A stretch of 63,839 nt of DNA, the filler included, from Atractiella rhizophila (Eukaryota), in the NCBI GenBank assembly GCA_021432655.1. It is 3 parts of 3 records of this genome, joined end to end, with 100 filler letters (N's around TTAATTAATTAA, not from the genome) between each part and the next. Parts side by side here need not be neighbours in the genome. Positions count along the whole stretch, not along the records: positions 31,142 to 62,156 come from MU271703.1; 2 more parts are not named here. One strand, 5' to 3'. A program made the position numbers and the translations under genes. The notes under the pieces are model-generated. The model was given only the letters and a program-made list of their open reading frames with translations. It was not told the origin of the DNA and did not search any database. The stretch's first letter is position 1; the number at the start of each line of letters is the position of its first letter. Shown in pieces: positions 37,201-48,593 of the stretch.

Positions 37201-37917
37201 GCAGGGAAGCCTTGCTATTGTCTATTTGGATCAATTGTCGAGGTCAAGTTACACTTCGCAGTCTACATACTCTTGAAGTAATTCTCTATATCGCCCACAG
37301 TCTCTTGCATTCAGAATCTCGTGATGGGCGACGGTCGATATACTTGGAAAGGATGCCTGGATCAAACCTAGCTTTTTAAGGTTGCCGTCGCAAACCATTT
37401 CCCGTTCAAATAGAAATTGAAGCTTGGTCCAATTCTGACTGTGTTCTCTTTCAGTCCCTTCCTGTTGGTTGTGGGTAGGAAGAAAGGACAGGATTAGAAG
37501 AGGGATTAGAATAATGTCAACGAGCAGAGCGGATTACATAACCGCACCTTGTTTTCCCCTCCTTTCTTTCACCAAGTCAAGAATAAGAAAGTCTTTCTTG
37601 CTCGAGTCAGATCCAGTAGACACTGTTGAATCTTTGGAACAATTGAAGATTTCAGGTGGGCCATTTCTCCTTGTTTTTGGATGATTGATAGTTGCCACTT
37701 TGTACGAGAGCAGCGATTAAATGCAATCACAAACTTGAAGCCCCCTATGTGTAAGCTTACTTGGAATCTCGAGGTTTTGGTGCTCGCCTCTGCCCATGAG
37801 CTAAGTCCTCCCTTATCCGGGAATGAATGATATTTGTTTGGAACGTTTTGTTGGATGCTGATCTTGAATGCAGGATAACACACTGATCATTTGACTACCT
37901 GAAATTCCCTATGTATG

Positions 37918-37989
37918 TCCCGGATAGTGAAACGGTTAACACGTCAGACTCTCACTCTGGAGATCGGGGTTCGATTCCCCGTCCGGGAG
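37918..37989 (+). tRNA. tRNA-Glu (anticodon CTC), intronless
   Basis: Acceptor stem TCCCGGA/TCCGGGA, anticodon arm TCAGA-CTCTCAC-TCTGG, T arm CGGGG-TTCGATT-CCCCG, followed by a T-rich Pol III terminator. Confidence 0.95.
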
Positions 37990-38101
37990 CATTTCTTTTT
38001 GGTTGTAACTAATTGAGTCATCTATATCCTCATCCTTTTGCTTCATTGCTTCAAGCTCACTGCAACAGCAACGGTGAATGCAAACTGTAAATCAATAGGC
38101 C

Positions 38102-40139
38102 ATGCTGTCAAAGCACTCTAGAGACCCGAAACGAGTAGTAATCCACCTGGATCTAGACAATTTCTATGTCGTTCGTCCTACCAGCACCTAACACAGAATG
38201 TCTCTTTACCATTAACAAGGCGTGCGAACGTGTTCTGAACCCTGTGCTCGTGGGGAAGCCTGTGGGTATAAAACAGAAGGCGATATTGGCGACCTGCAGT
38301 TATGAAGCTCGCGAGCGAGGGGTAAAGAAGTGCGTCTGCCCTTTTTTAGGAGGAAAACCTCTGAGATATTTCCCTTGAATAGGCTCAGCAGGGTCAGAGA
38401 TGCGCTTGAGTTGTGTCCAGACATCATTTTGGTCAATGGGGAGGTAAGCACCGTTTCACGCTCACCGCCCACTAAGAGCTGTGTAGGACCTTACGAACTA
38501 CCGCCGCTTCTCGCTACGCATACGACAACATGTCAAATCCATGCTACCTCCTTTGACCCCAGTCGAGAAACTTGGTCTGGACGAGCTGTTTATCGACGTT
38601 TCTTCAGTTCCGGGAATCACTACCCCAACCACCGCGGCGACTTTAGCCCAATCTATCAAAGACTCCATTAAGGAGACAATTGGCTTCACTTCTACTATAG
38701 GGATAGGAAGAAATAAGTTGATTGCAAAGTTGTCTGGAGAAGGGGGGAAACGGCCAGACGGGTTGACTGTCTGGGATGCGGAAGAAGGCGAGAATGAAAC
38801 GAGAGATTGGCTCGGGAAAATTGAAGTTCGCAAGTGAGCAGCTACTTTTCTATGTAATACCTGTTGACGAATCATCACATAGAATTCCTGGCTTCGGACA
38901 CAAAACTGTGCAGACCCTGATGGAAACCATAACAGCGAACAGATCCACTCCTCCTCCCAATCCGCTCCATGTCTCCGACGTCGTCTCTTTGCTTCCTCCA
39001 TCTCGCTTTCCTCCTTCCCTCCAATCTCTGGGTGCACTCCTACAAGGATTCGATCACACTCCAGTGACGATGACTCCGCGCTATCCTTCGGTCCTATCAA
39101 TCGAAGACTCCTATCGCAATCTGTCGCCTTCTTCCCTTCAGGTAGAAGTGACAAAACACCTCGAATCTGTCATCAGGAGGATGGAAGAAGAGCTAACTTC
39201 GGAAGATGGAAAGACATGGGAGATGTGGCCAAGGACTGTCAAGGTCACCTTGCTCTGGAATGGTGGAAACGGGAGGGAAAGTAAGGGTGCGAGATTGGGA
39301 ATCGAGGTGTTTGACAAGGAAAGACCGTTAAGCGAACGAGCCGAGCTAGTGTGGAAATCAACCCTGAAAAGAGTCGTTGAAGGCATGACGAAGGGGAAGG
39401 AGAAGGAATCCCTGGTCATGTACATTGACCTCTTGTTGTGCCGCGCTAATTCAAGCATAGTATCAACGTCGCCGTCACGGATTTGACAAAGGAATGTCCC
39501 GGACGAGGCATACAAAGCTTGTTTGCGCATCCTCCCCCAGCCAAAGTGAAGGCGGAACCGTCAAGCACCACCATAGACCTTGAGATGCTGAAAGAGCTCC
39601 CGAAGGAGATACAAGACGAGTTGATCAAGGAACATGGTATAAAGAAACGAGATTTAGGTGAGTCCTTAGTCCATGCATTGATATGCATTGATATTCATAC
39701 ACATTGCAACAACAGAGAAAAGTGGGATCGTCACAGAAGAACGAACATCGAAACGGCGAAAGAAAGACGTCCGAGACTTTTTTGCGCCGAAGGTCTCTCA
39801 GAATATTAGCAAGCCAAAAGAGAAGGTGGATCTGCAAATGCTTAAGGAGTTACCAAAGTCAATGCGGAAGGAGATGATGCATCAATACGGCATCAGTCAA
39901 GATGACCTTGGTTTGTCCTCCCCTGTTTCCCAGTATGTACATTATTAATTGCAGAGATAGACTCTTTTGAAGAGAAGAATCATGAACAAGCTGATGACCA
40001 AGTGCCGCAAGCTGAGGAGGATCCTGCACTACCTGAGATTGTGGAGAACGAAGGAGAGCTGACTTGTTCCCGTTGTAACGCTACTGTTCTCCCCTTTGCT
40101 GTTGATGCTCATTTAGCATATCATTTGGAAAGATGTTAA
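38102..40139 (+). CDS. Y-family translesion DNA polymerase (Pol iota-like), multi-exon
   Basis: VIHLDLDNFY; ATCSYEARERGV; EKLGLDELFID; IGIGRNKLIAKL; IPGFGHKT (HhH); two UBM-like motifs (DLEMLKELPKEIQ, DLQMLKELPKSMR); C-terminal UBZ-like CSRC...HLAYH. Confidence 0.92.
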
Positions 40140-40557
40140 GGACCATTAAACGTCTTTCCACAGCCTACCAGACTTCCACGCCCAGCTCTTCCTTCTCAAA
40201 GTATACACAATCTGGATAACGTGTTCAAGACTACAAAGGATGATTGCTGATTGTGTTTGAAGGTAGTAGTGAAGGCTGTCCTTAATGTTGACAATTGTCA
40301 TCGAGGCAGGACTTGAAGTCTAAAGGTGCAGTTCCATCCTCCTCCAAGTGAAAATAACTCGATAACAGGCTCTCGTTCTCGAGGCAAAGGGACGCGAATG
40401 AGAGATTGATATTCCACGTGCAAAACTGATCCATTCTCTTGACTGTTTAGCGAGGGGGGTGAACGAGGATCGCGCGAGCACTGCCAGACCCTCCTGGGGT
40501 TCTTCAAAGTGCTCATGCAAAAGGAGGTAAACATACCAGCGATACATAATTGGACGT

Positions 40558-43500
40558 TACTTCGCGTATAACCCGAGCCAAACTCCCATTTCCGCCAACC
40601 AAGCTGTGACCCCTACGACCTTACTTTCTACTACTACCAATGCATGTACACGAGTCATCCCGTCTGCTATAGTAGTTCAGTCAAAGCACAGGAGACCAAA
40701 CATACATGACTGCACTGGCGCGTGTCGCAACGACCAGTAGCTGAGAGGTGTCCAAATGAACTCGTTCAGTAACAGCCCGTAGGCGAGTAGCGTCTTACAA
40801 CGCAGCAACCTCGTGGACTGTCGCAGTTTCCTGTACAGGGAAAACGTGACCACTGGGGTAGCGTATGTCTACAACGTCTCGTGCGCCTACAGTTCTTTTA
40901 CTACCTGCGTTAGTTACAAGTGTAGGCTTTTCCACGCGCTTAAAGTACTATCATATCATAAACAATGATTGGACATCGCTTTCTATAACCTAGGTATCGT
41001 TGAGATCCGCCCTAACGTCATAGAGCCAACGGCTTTTGCTCTAGTCCCTTCTGGGAGGCAGCTTGATAAGCGTGAAACCATCTCTTACGGAGGCAACCCC
41101 TTATAGTATTTGGTCGTGGGAAGGGGGGATGTTAACTTCTACGAAGTTAGCAGCTTCTACGGTCCCCTCGATAGTTGTTTCAAAAGCTTCGGTCTCCGCG
41201 TTGTTTTCGCTTCGAGACTTGTCAAGTCTTCGAATGCCTGAGAGAAAGCGCGGCAGCTCCACAAAATTCACACGAAGGAAATACATATGCGTTTTATTTT
41301 CNNNNNNNNNNNNNNNNNNNNNNNNNNNNNNNNNNNNNNNNNNNNNNNNNNNNNNNNNNNNNNNNNNNNNNNNNNNNNNNNNNNNNNNNNNNNNNNNNNN
41401 NNNNNNNNNNNNNNNNNNNNNNNNNNNNNNNNNNNNNNNNNNNNNNNNNNNNNNNNNNNNNNNNNNNNNNNNNNNNNNNNCGTAGAGGATGCCTGTCCAA
41501 GCGGAGAGGTAGTAATGTTGTCGAAGAAGGAAGCGACTTCTCTTTTCATCCACGACCTGCTTCAGTTCTGCGAGCGGCCTCACGAGGCAGTAGCAGACTT
41601 GCACGTCTTCCCGCTGTCTCAGCAGTAGATGTACGGGTACCAGGGTCGCTGGCGGAAGAGGTACGAGCGTACGCGAGCTGACCCGCGCTATGTGAGGCAG
41701 CAGAAACCACCTAAGCGCGGAGGTCTTGAGCGGTTCGCGTAGGAGAGGAGCTCTGGCTTCCACTAGGAGAGCCGGAGGAAACCTTATCTTGGCTTCCCAG
41801 AGTAGCTGATGGTACGAGAAGAGCCTCTTCGATAACTGTAACAATTCTTCCTCTCGCCACCTTTCCATGTAGGCCTTACACACTAAAACTCCGCACTTTA
41901 ACGCCTAAAATGATTACGCTGCCTACACCACTTCTTTCCTCACCTCCCTTAGTCCTTTAGACACGTTGACTCCCTTGCCCTCTCCCTAACCTTACAACTT
42001 CAATTATGCCACTCCTTCCTCCCCTTTGAACAAGTTCTCGGACTTACCCAAAGCTCGTTTCTAGGTAACATGTAAGAGATGTGGAGACCTTGATGACCAT
42101 CCGGAGATAGAGATAACTGCGAAGCATAGACTAAGTGTACAATCCATACGGCTTCCCTCAGCACTCCCTGTTACCACCGGTACGACAGCGAGAAGCAATA
42201 GCTACCTTGTATGAAAACCTAACTCTTTCTTGCTATGGTAGCGAACGAAGAGCCTGACGCCAACCCAACAGCCGGTAAGGATCATGCGTAGTGGAAGGAA
42301 GTAGTCACATGTTCGGGATTAAATCAACGTCATAATAGATACGTGGCGACGAAAACCCTCGCTGGTCGCACTAGAAACTTCCTTTCGGGTAAGAAGGCCT
42401 GCGTCCGTAGAAGACCGTTTCGCTCAAAAGAAGTAGTAGGCGTGTCACAAGACAAGGACTGACGCGCAGGAAGGTCAACAAAGCGCTATAGCGCAAAGGA
42501 CGGAGAAGTGACGAGGTTGTCGCGAGGCTCGATAGTCTTCTCTTCTAGGCCTCCGACTGAACTACTTCTTCGTGTTGTAAGCTTCGGAAGCAAGTGAGAA
42601 AGATCGACCACTTGCTAGGCTCGGCCATAACAGTCAGCCATAGTTCTCAACAACCCGCTTGACCCTCGTGGACCTCGACAACACTTGCTGTTCATGTGGA
42701 AGAAAAATTTTCCCATTTTCCGAGAAAGGGAGAAACATAGTGAAAGCATGCTTTTGAGGCTCCTTCGGGGGTGGAGCAATGTCGATCTAAGCAGTTGTAG
42801 CTCGTGTTGAGAATGCCATCGGGAAACCAAGTGCCCTGAATTCGAGCGGGAGGTAAGTACTCAACGGGAGATGATACTGTGTAAACAACTGCTTCACATT
42901 CAACAGTGTTCTTGCGAAATATTCCGAGTGACCACCTGTAAGTCCTCACACCTGCATCCTTCCTACTTCGATAATAAACTAGAGTTATGATTGCTAGATA
43001 CAGATAAATAATTTCGCGACATCATCTTCTCTTTCGAGCCGCAGGTTCAGTTCAGGCGATACATCGACGATAACGTTCAACCAGATCACGCTTCATCAAC
43101 TTCCCAGACGCAAACACACTAGAGCAGAGAGATTCGAGTTGGGATGTGAACTCCGTGGGTGTATTATCTCGAAGACGAGCCTTCGCTTAATCATGAAGAC
43201 GACTTTCAATCTTGCCGCTCATAGACCTCATTTCGTTGTAATGTCTTTGAGGCAAGTTACCACATTTATGAGGACGACCATTCACAACTATGTAACAGAC
43301 ATGTGCGATACAAAGAAGCTACAGTTGCTTCTTTTGCTGGTAATTCGAAACGTAGAATAACAGTGAACAGGACAATACACCTAGAGACCAAACGGTGGTG
43401 GATCTCTCATTGCAGAGACGCCGCGAGCAACTCTCCACACTACAAACACAACACTGCCACTCTCGCTCCAACAACACAGCAACAAAACGGTCAGGAAATG

Positions 43501-43654
43501 GACACACCTTCTCCCAAGCCCTCCTCGGCTCCCTTTTCCACTCCAACATCTTACTAGCCTCCATCCAGAATGCCTCTCCGCCATCCTTCTCCCTCCCTCC
43601 AACCAACGAGCTCTCGTGGATGCGCACCTGTTGGTGCTGCGTCTGCGTGGACAT
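40558..43654 (-). CDS. Acetyl/propionyl-CoA synthetase (PrpE/ACSS3-like) with a C-terminal PTS1 (AKL); exons 1-2 lie on the normal minus strand, the rest in mirror blocks
   Basis: Exon 1 (43654-43508) MSTQ...AFWMEASKMLEWKREP and exon 2 (~42836-42720) GTWFPDGILNTSYNCLDRH are normal minus strand. The un-reversed complement of 41481-42720 and 40558-41219 supplies KGDRVVIYMPM, RLGAIHSVVFGGF, YTSGTTG-MPKGVVRDNGGH, LAGE, FDTGDAG, SRADDIINVAGHRLST, LPKTRSGK and ...TKAKL*. Confidence 0.9.
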
Positions 43655-43989
43655 CGTTCTCCCGACTTGAACTATGCTTCTTGGGTACAATAGTCTCTTC
43701 AGGAAGGTGGCCAGCTTGGCTCTTGAGAGTATCGAGTGTCGAACAGACAGGTACTCGCGAAGGAAGTATTGTGGAAGTGACAGAGGCGAGGCAGAAAGGC
43801 GGGGTAACTGAGTTCGGCCCTTTCTTAGGCTATTGGGCTAATTTGAAATGCTATCAAGCAAAAAGCAATCGAAGCCGCGAACCAGAACGTCGCTGTTCGG
43901 CCTCCAATTAACATCTTAGATCTACGTGTCCAGCACTTCCCTCGACCTTTCTCTTCTTCCGAGCAACCCACCAATCAGCAAGCACCAAC

Positions 43990-46900
43990 ATGTCAGCGCC
44001 GAGGACGGTCTACACCACTCCTTCTCCCAGCTCCACCCTCCCGCCGCTCCCTCCTCCTCTCACTCCATCCCAGAAAGCCATCTACGCTCGTCTCCTGGCC
44101 CGTGTATCTGAACCAGACTTTGTATTGCCTCACGAGATCGCCGTCTACCGAAAAGCGACGAAAGCGAGCTACAAGAAGCTGCCGTACGCATTGCTCGTGG
44201 CTCCTCCCGCTCCTGGGGGAGGAGAGGAAGGGGAGAAGGAGAAGTGGACGGGGTTGAGGGAGGAGGAGAAGGCGTTTTTGACAAGGGAACAGCTTGAAAG
44301 GGTCCTCAGGAGCGTGAAGTGGGACGAAGGGAAGGCGATTGCGAGGTTGGAGGAAACGCTTGTTTGGAGGAGGGAGTATATCGATACCATTGAGGGGTTC
44401 GATACCACGGTTGAGCCGGAGGTAAGCTCTTTTCTTACTTGCGACGAGAGTTATGCAGGAGAGCGGAGTCCATCATTTCTGTCTCGGAAAGAGAGCTCGA
44501 AGGAGGAGAGGAAGGGGAGAAGGAGAAGTGGACGGGGTTGAGGGAGGAGGAGAAGGCGTTTTTGACAAGGGAACAGCTTGAAAGGGTCCTCAGGAGTGTG
44601 AAGTGGGACGAAGGGAAGGCGATTGCGAGGTTGGAGGAAACGCTTGTTTGGAGGAGGGAGTATATCGATACCATTGAGGGGTTCGATACCACGGTTGAGC
44701 CGGAGGTAAGCTCTTTTCTTACTTGCGACGAGAGTTATGCAGGAGAGCGGAGTCCATCATTTCTGTCTCGGAAAGAGAGCTCGATGTCCAAGCATACAGC
44801 ATTGGCATAGGAGGTTGGATGCAGAAGCGTAGGGAGAAAGTGGAAATTGGTCTTGTTGTCATTAGGAGTTAATTGTGGAGGGAGCAACGCTTGCATCGCC
44901 CCATTGCCTTACTTCCTCCCTTTCGTCGCACCTCCTTTTCTTTGCGCATTTTGAGTACGGAAGATATTTCCAGTGAGGAAAAGATTTCTTTATAAGATTG
45001 GGTATGAACGCGGCGCAAATAACCTTGAAGGAGAGGGGAAGGGAGCCCAGATTGAGGACCTTCCTTGAGGAGACTTCAAGCTGCAACAAGTGTTGTGTCA
45101 TGTAGAAACTATTTCCCTTGTCCTAAATGTTGCTGCCTATCTATTTACCGGACACAGTCAAGAGCAACATTTTACCGGATTTGAATATTTGTACTCTCAA
45201 CAATTGAAATATCAATGGGGTTGGCACAATTTCCGACCTGAGGTGACTATGCCTCAGGCCAAGATACTTTGTTTCATGCAGTCTCTTATCGTTGCTCTCC
45301 GTCTCCTGAGTTTACTTTCGTTCTTCTGTATGGTCGAAAAGAGCTTTTGCTCAAAGTCTGAAGTGTTGTGGATTGACAGAGATACTGGGATGAAACTGGT
45401 GCAGAAAGTCTTTATCAGAAACTTTTATCTACGTACATCCGTACATCGGAGGAAAAGGGGGAGTTGTGATTCCTTCAAATGAGGTAGAAAGGCGGACTTG
45501 ACTCGTCTTGTTGGCGTTGTTAACACGTTCGCGATTGTAAAGGAAGAAGGGCACAACCATGAAGAGCCTGCCAGCCCTTGCCCCTGCACACGTTCGCTCT
45601 CATTCGCGCATTTCCTTTCCAGAGTTCTCCACGGTCCAAACAAGGATTGCGAAATATTCTATCCTGACGGTCCGGAACAAGAAGGTGGAATATTCCTTCC
45701 TTGACGGAACGCCGCGACGAGATCTCTTATACATACATGAAGTCTAATATTCGGTCCAATTCCCCCCTACACCATTACATTCAGCCCAAAGAAGAGAGCT
45801 TAATGATGTCGTCGACCAAGACCAAGAGATATGTTTTGCAATAACTCCACGTTCGGCATGGGGAGTGAGGTTTCAAACCTATACATTCCCGGTCATCACG
45901 GCCCTGGCCCTACCATCTTCGCCCCACCTTACCTTCTCTTAAAAGGAGAGGAGAAGCAAAGATTGGAGACTTCTTGCGTCTGAAAGTCAACCGAAGTGTT
46001 ATTAGTGCATTCGTTGTTTCTCTGTCCGCTTTTCTTGGAGATGAACCACGCTCCCTTTTATCCCGTCGTCCGCCCGTCATGCAATATCCGGAAGCAGGAC
46101 AATATTTTGTCATGCGCCAGGTGAAGCTTAAGAGAGGAAGTGTGGTGGAGACAGGAGACATGCGTTCGTATGTCCACTCCGCCTCCCTTTTGTCTTCCCG
46201 TGCCTTGCACCCTCTTCCTTCTGCATGCTGTGCCATAAGCCAGGAAATGCACAAGTGGGTCTTGGACTGACATAGAAGCGAATTCGACACAACAAACTTT
46301 ACAGTTACTTCCCGTCTCTCCTGACGCTCGGTTGCCCATCATCCCTCAGCTGTCCTTCCAGTGCTGCTTCGATGACTGACTATTTCTCATGCAGAGCGAG
46401 TCAGGCAAAATGTACATATTGGGATACGACACGCTCTCTCGTCCCTGTCTCTACATGCACCGTGCGTTTACCCCTCTTTGCTCCTATCCCGTCGCTCACC
46501 CAAGCCTCAGCCTACCGCCAAAACACGACTGAGTCTCCACGCCAAATCCAATTCCTCGTCTATCAGCTCGAAGCGTGCATCGCGCTCATGCCACCGCACT
46601 GCGAAAGCCTGTGCATCTGCATCGATTTCGGATCCAAAAAGGGCGTGAAATCGAACCCGACCTCCGTCAATAACTCCTTACAGACTCTCACCATCCTCCA
46701 GAACTACTATGTCGAGCGACTCGGGAAAGCGATCGGAATCGATTTGCCGTGGCTCTTTGGCGCTTTCTGGAAGGTAGGCTTCTTCCCCTACACTTCGTCT
46801 CCTCTCCTTCCTTTGATTGCTACAAGACATTGATGGAGGAGTCGCCACTAGGTCGTATCGCCCTTTGTTGACCCCGTATCGAAATCAAAGATCGTCTTCA

Positions 46901-47229
46901 ACGCCACCGATCTCGACCAATACGTTCCCCCCGACCAACGCGAAAAATCGTGTTTTGGAGGAACTTGTGCCTTCGAATACGATCACGCCACTTATTGGAG
47001 TGATTTGACAAAGAAGGTGACGGAGAGGAAGGCGGAGATGTTTAATAGGTGGAAGGAGTTGGGAGGGAAGATAGGAGAGGAAGAGTGGAGGATTAGAGGT
47101 GGTTCGCCGAGGGAGGGAATGGACGTCAAGGTCACCGATGAGAAGGCGACGGCGTCTAAGGCCGTGGAGGAAAAGAAAGAGCAAGTGGCCATCCCGACTG
47201 CAGCGGAAGGAGTCGTTGTTTCTGCGTAG
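43990..47229 (+). CDS. CRAL-TRIO (Sec14/Pdr16-like) lipid-transfer protein, multi-exon with a ~1.7-2 kb first intron
   Basis: FLTREQLERVLRSVKWD...RLEETLVWRREY; SESGKMYILGYD..SRPCLY; RQNT; LQNYYVERLG; PWLFGAFWK; FVDPVSKSKI; GGTCAFEYDH. Confidence 0.9.
44219..44782 (+). repeat. Near-perfect ~284-bp tandem duplication of the exon-1 3' half and intron start of the CRAL-TRIO gene
   Basis: Second copy from ~44501. One visible substitution (AGCGTG vs AGTGTG); each copy has its own GTAAGC donor. Confidence 0.9.
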
Positions 47230-48593
47230 GGAATCGGAGGGGAGAAGTTTTAGGAGCAACAGGATCTGGCCATAGAGTTGTGAGTGGTATTTTGAGACTC
47301 GTTGGGCTCAGGGAACGATGGGGAGGGATAGATACCGGCATAATATCGTTACCCGCTTTTTACATTCCGTTCCCTGTCTGTTTCCTGAATTGATCATTGG
47401 ATATCGATTGGATTGGCTTTGGTGACGTTTTTGGAGGAAGACTGCAAACCTTTTCATTTCGGGCCTCGGTACGTCGTTCCAACATGCTTATTTTTTGAAT
47501 CGGTTTCTGGTCGCCTTCTTGCTTGCAAAGCTGCGAGGGGATCCTCCACTTCGTTTTATTCATTCACAAAGTGGGACCCTCCACTTTTCATTCTATTCCA
47601 AAGCTGGGCAACATCTTGCCGCTCAATGAAAGCATGTGGCTAGTTTTGGTTGTCACTTCTCATTGACAGATGCCCTTTCCATTCATGGTGCTTGGACAAC
47701 CGTTGAAAGTTGAAAGGACTGTGATGTTGAACCCAATGAAGTCCGCTCTTTCCTGTCCATGCAACGCGACCTCGCCATGCCATGCTTTGAGAAAAGCTGT
47801 GATCCAACTGCGAGATCGATCAAACGACTTCGTCAACACCGCTAGAAGCATGCGTTTGCGCTCGCAGGCATCATGCAGCTGACATGCTGTCCCGTTCTTC
47901 CACCTTCCCCATGCATCTTCTTGGATTCTTTTCACGGTCCAAGCAGGTCCCATGGGGAAGATGGCAGAGCATGGGGGAGAATTCGGTCCCACTCGTTGCT
48001 TTGTGCCAGCTCCATAATTATCTTTTACGTCCGAACCATGCGTGTTGGACTCAATTCATGCACTCGGATTCGTCCGAAACAAATGACCGCGCCCGTTCCT
48101 CCGTTAGCCAGGTTAAGCTTGCACTGCTTGATCGTTTAGACTCTTTCAAGGATCGGCAAATGATTGAGCCCAACGAATTACACAAAGAAGCGTGTCGTCT
48201 TGGTCTCGTCAGAAAACGGCAGGATCAATGGCAGGATCGATGGAATTGGAAGCAGCCGAGGCCATCGATTTACTGATGGCATTTGATGGCAGCATGTGCG
48301 CCTGAATTGAAGGAATAATGAGCAACCAGATGAATTTGTTCTTTCCGGTTCAAGTCCGATAGCTTCCTTCGAAACCGGCACCATCGCATGTGTCGAAATG
48401 GAGATCTCGATCTCATGCGCGTGACCTCAGCGAGGAGCACAAAAATTTAGCATGTGCTTCAGAGCAACGTCTAGAGCGTTTGCGGAGGCTATAAAAGACT
48501 GCCTCTCCAGATTTTCTCTTTCCCCACCTTCCATTCCCTGGCACTTTCCCTTCACTCCCCTTCGTGGTTGAGATTTAGTAAGGAATTATCAAA

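Noticed and set aside
41063..41883. Long ORFs (up to 260 aa) around the N gap
   Set aside because: They run through Ns and shadow the mirror-written acyl-CoA synthetase.
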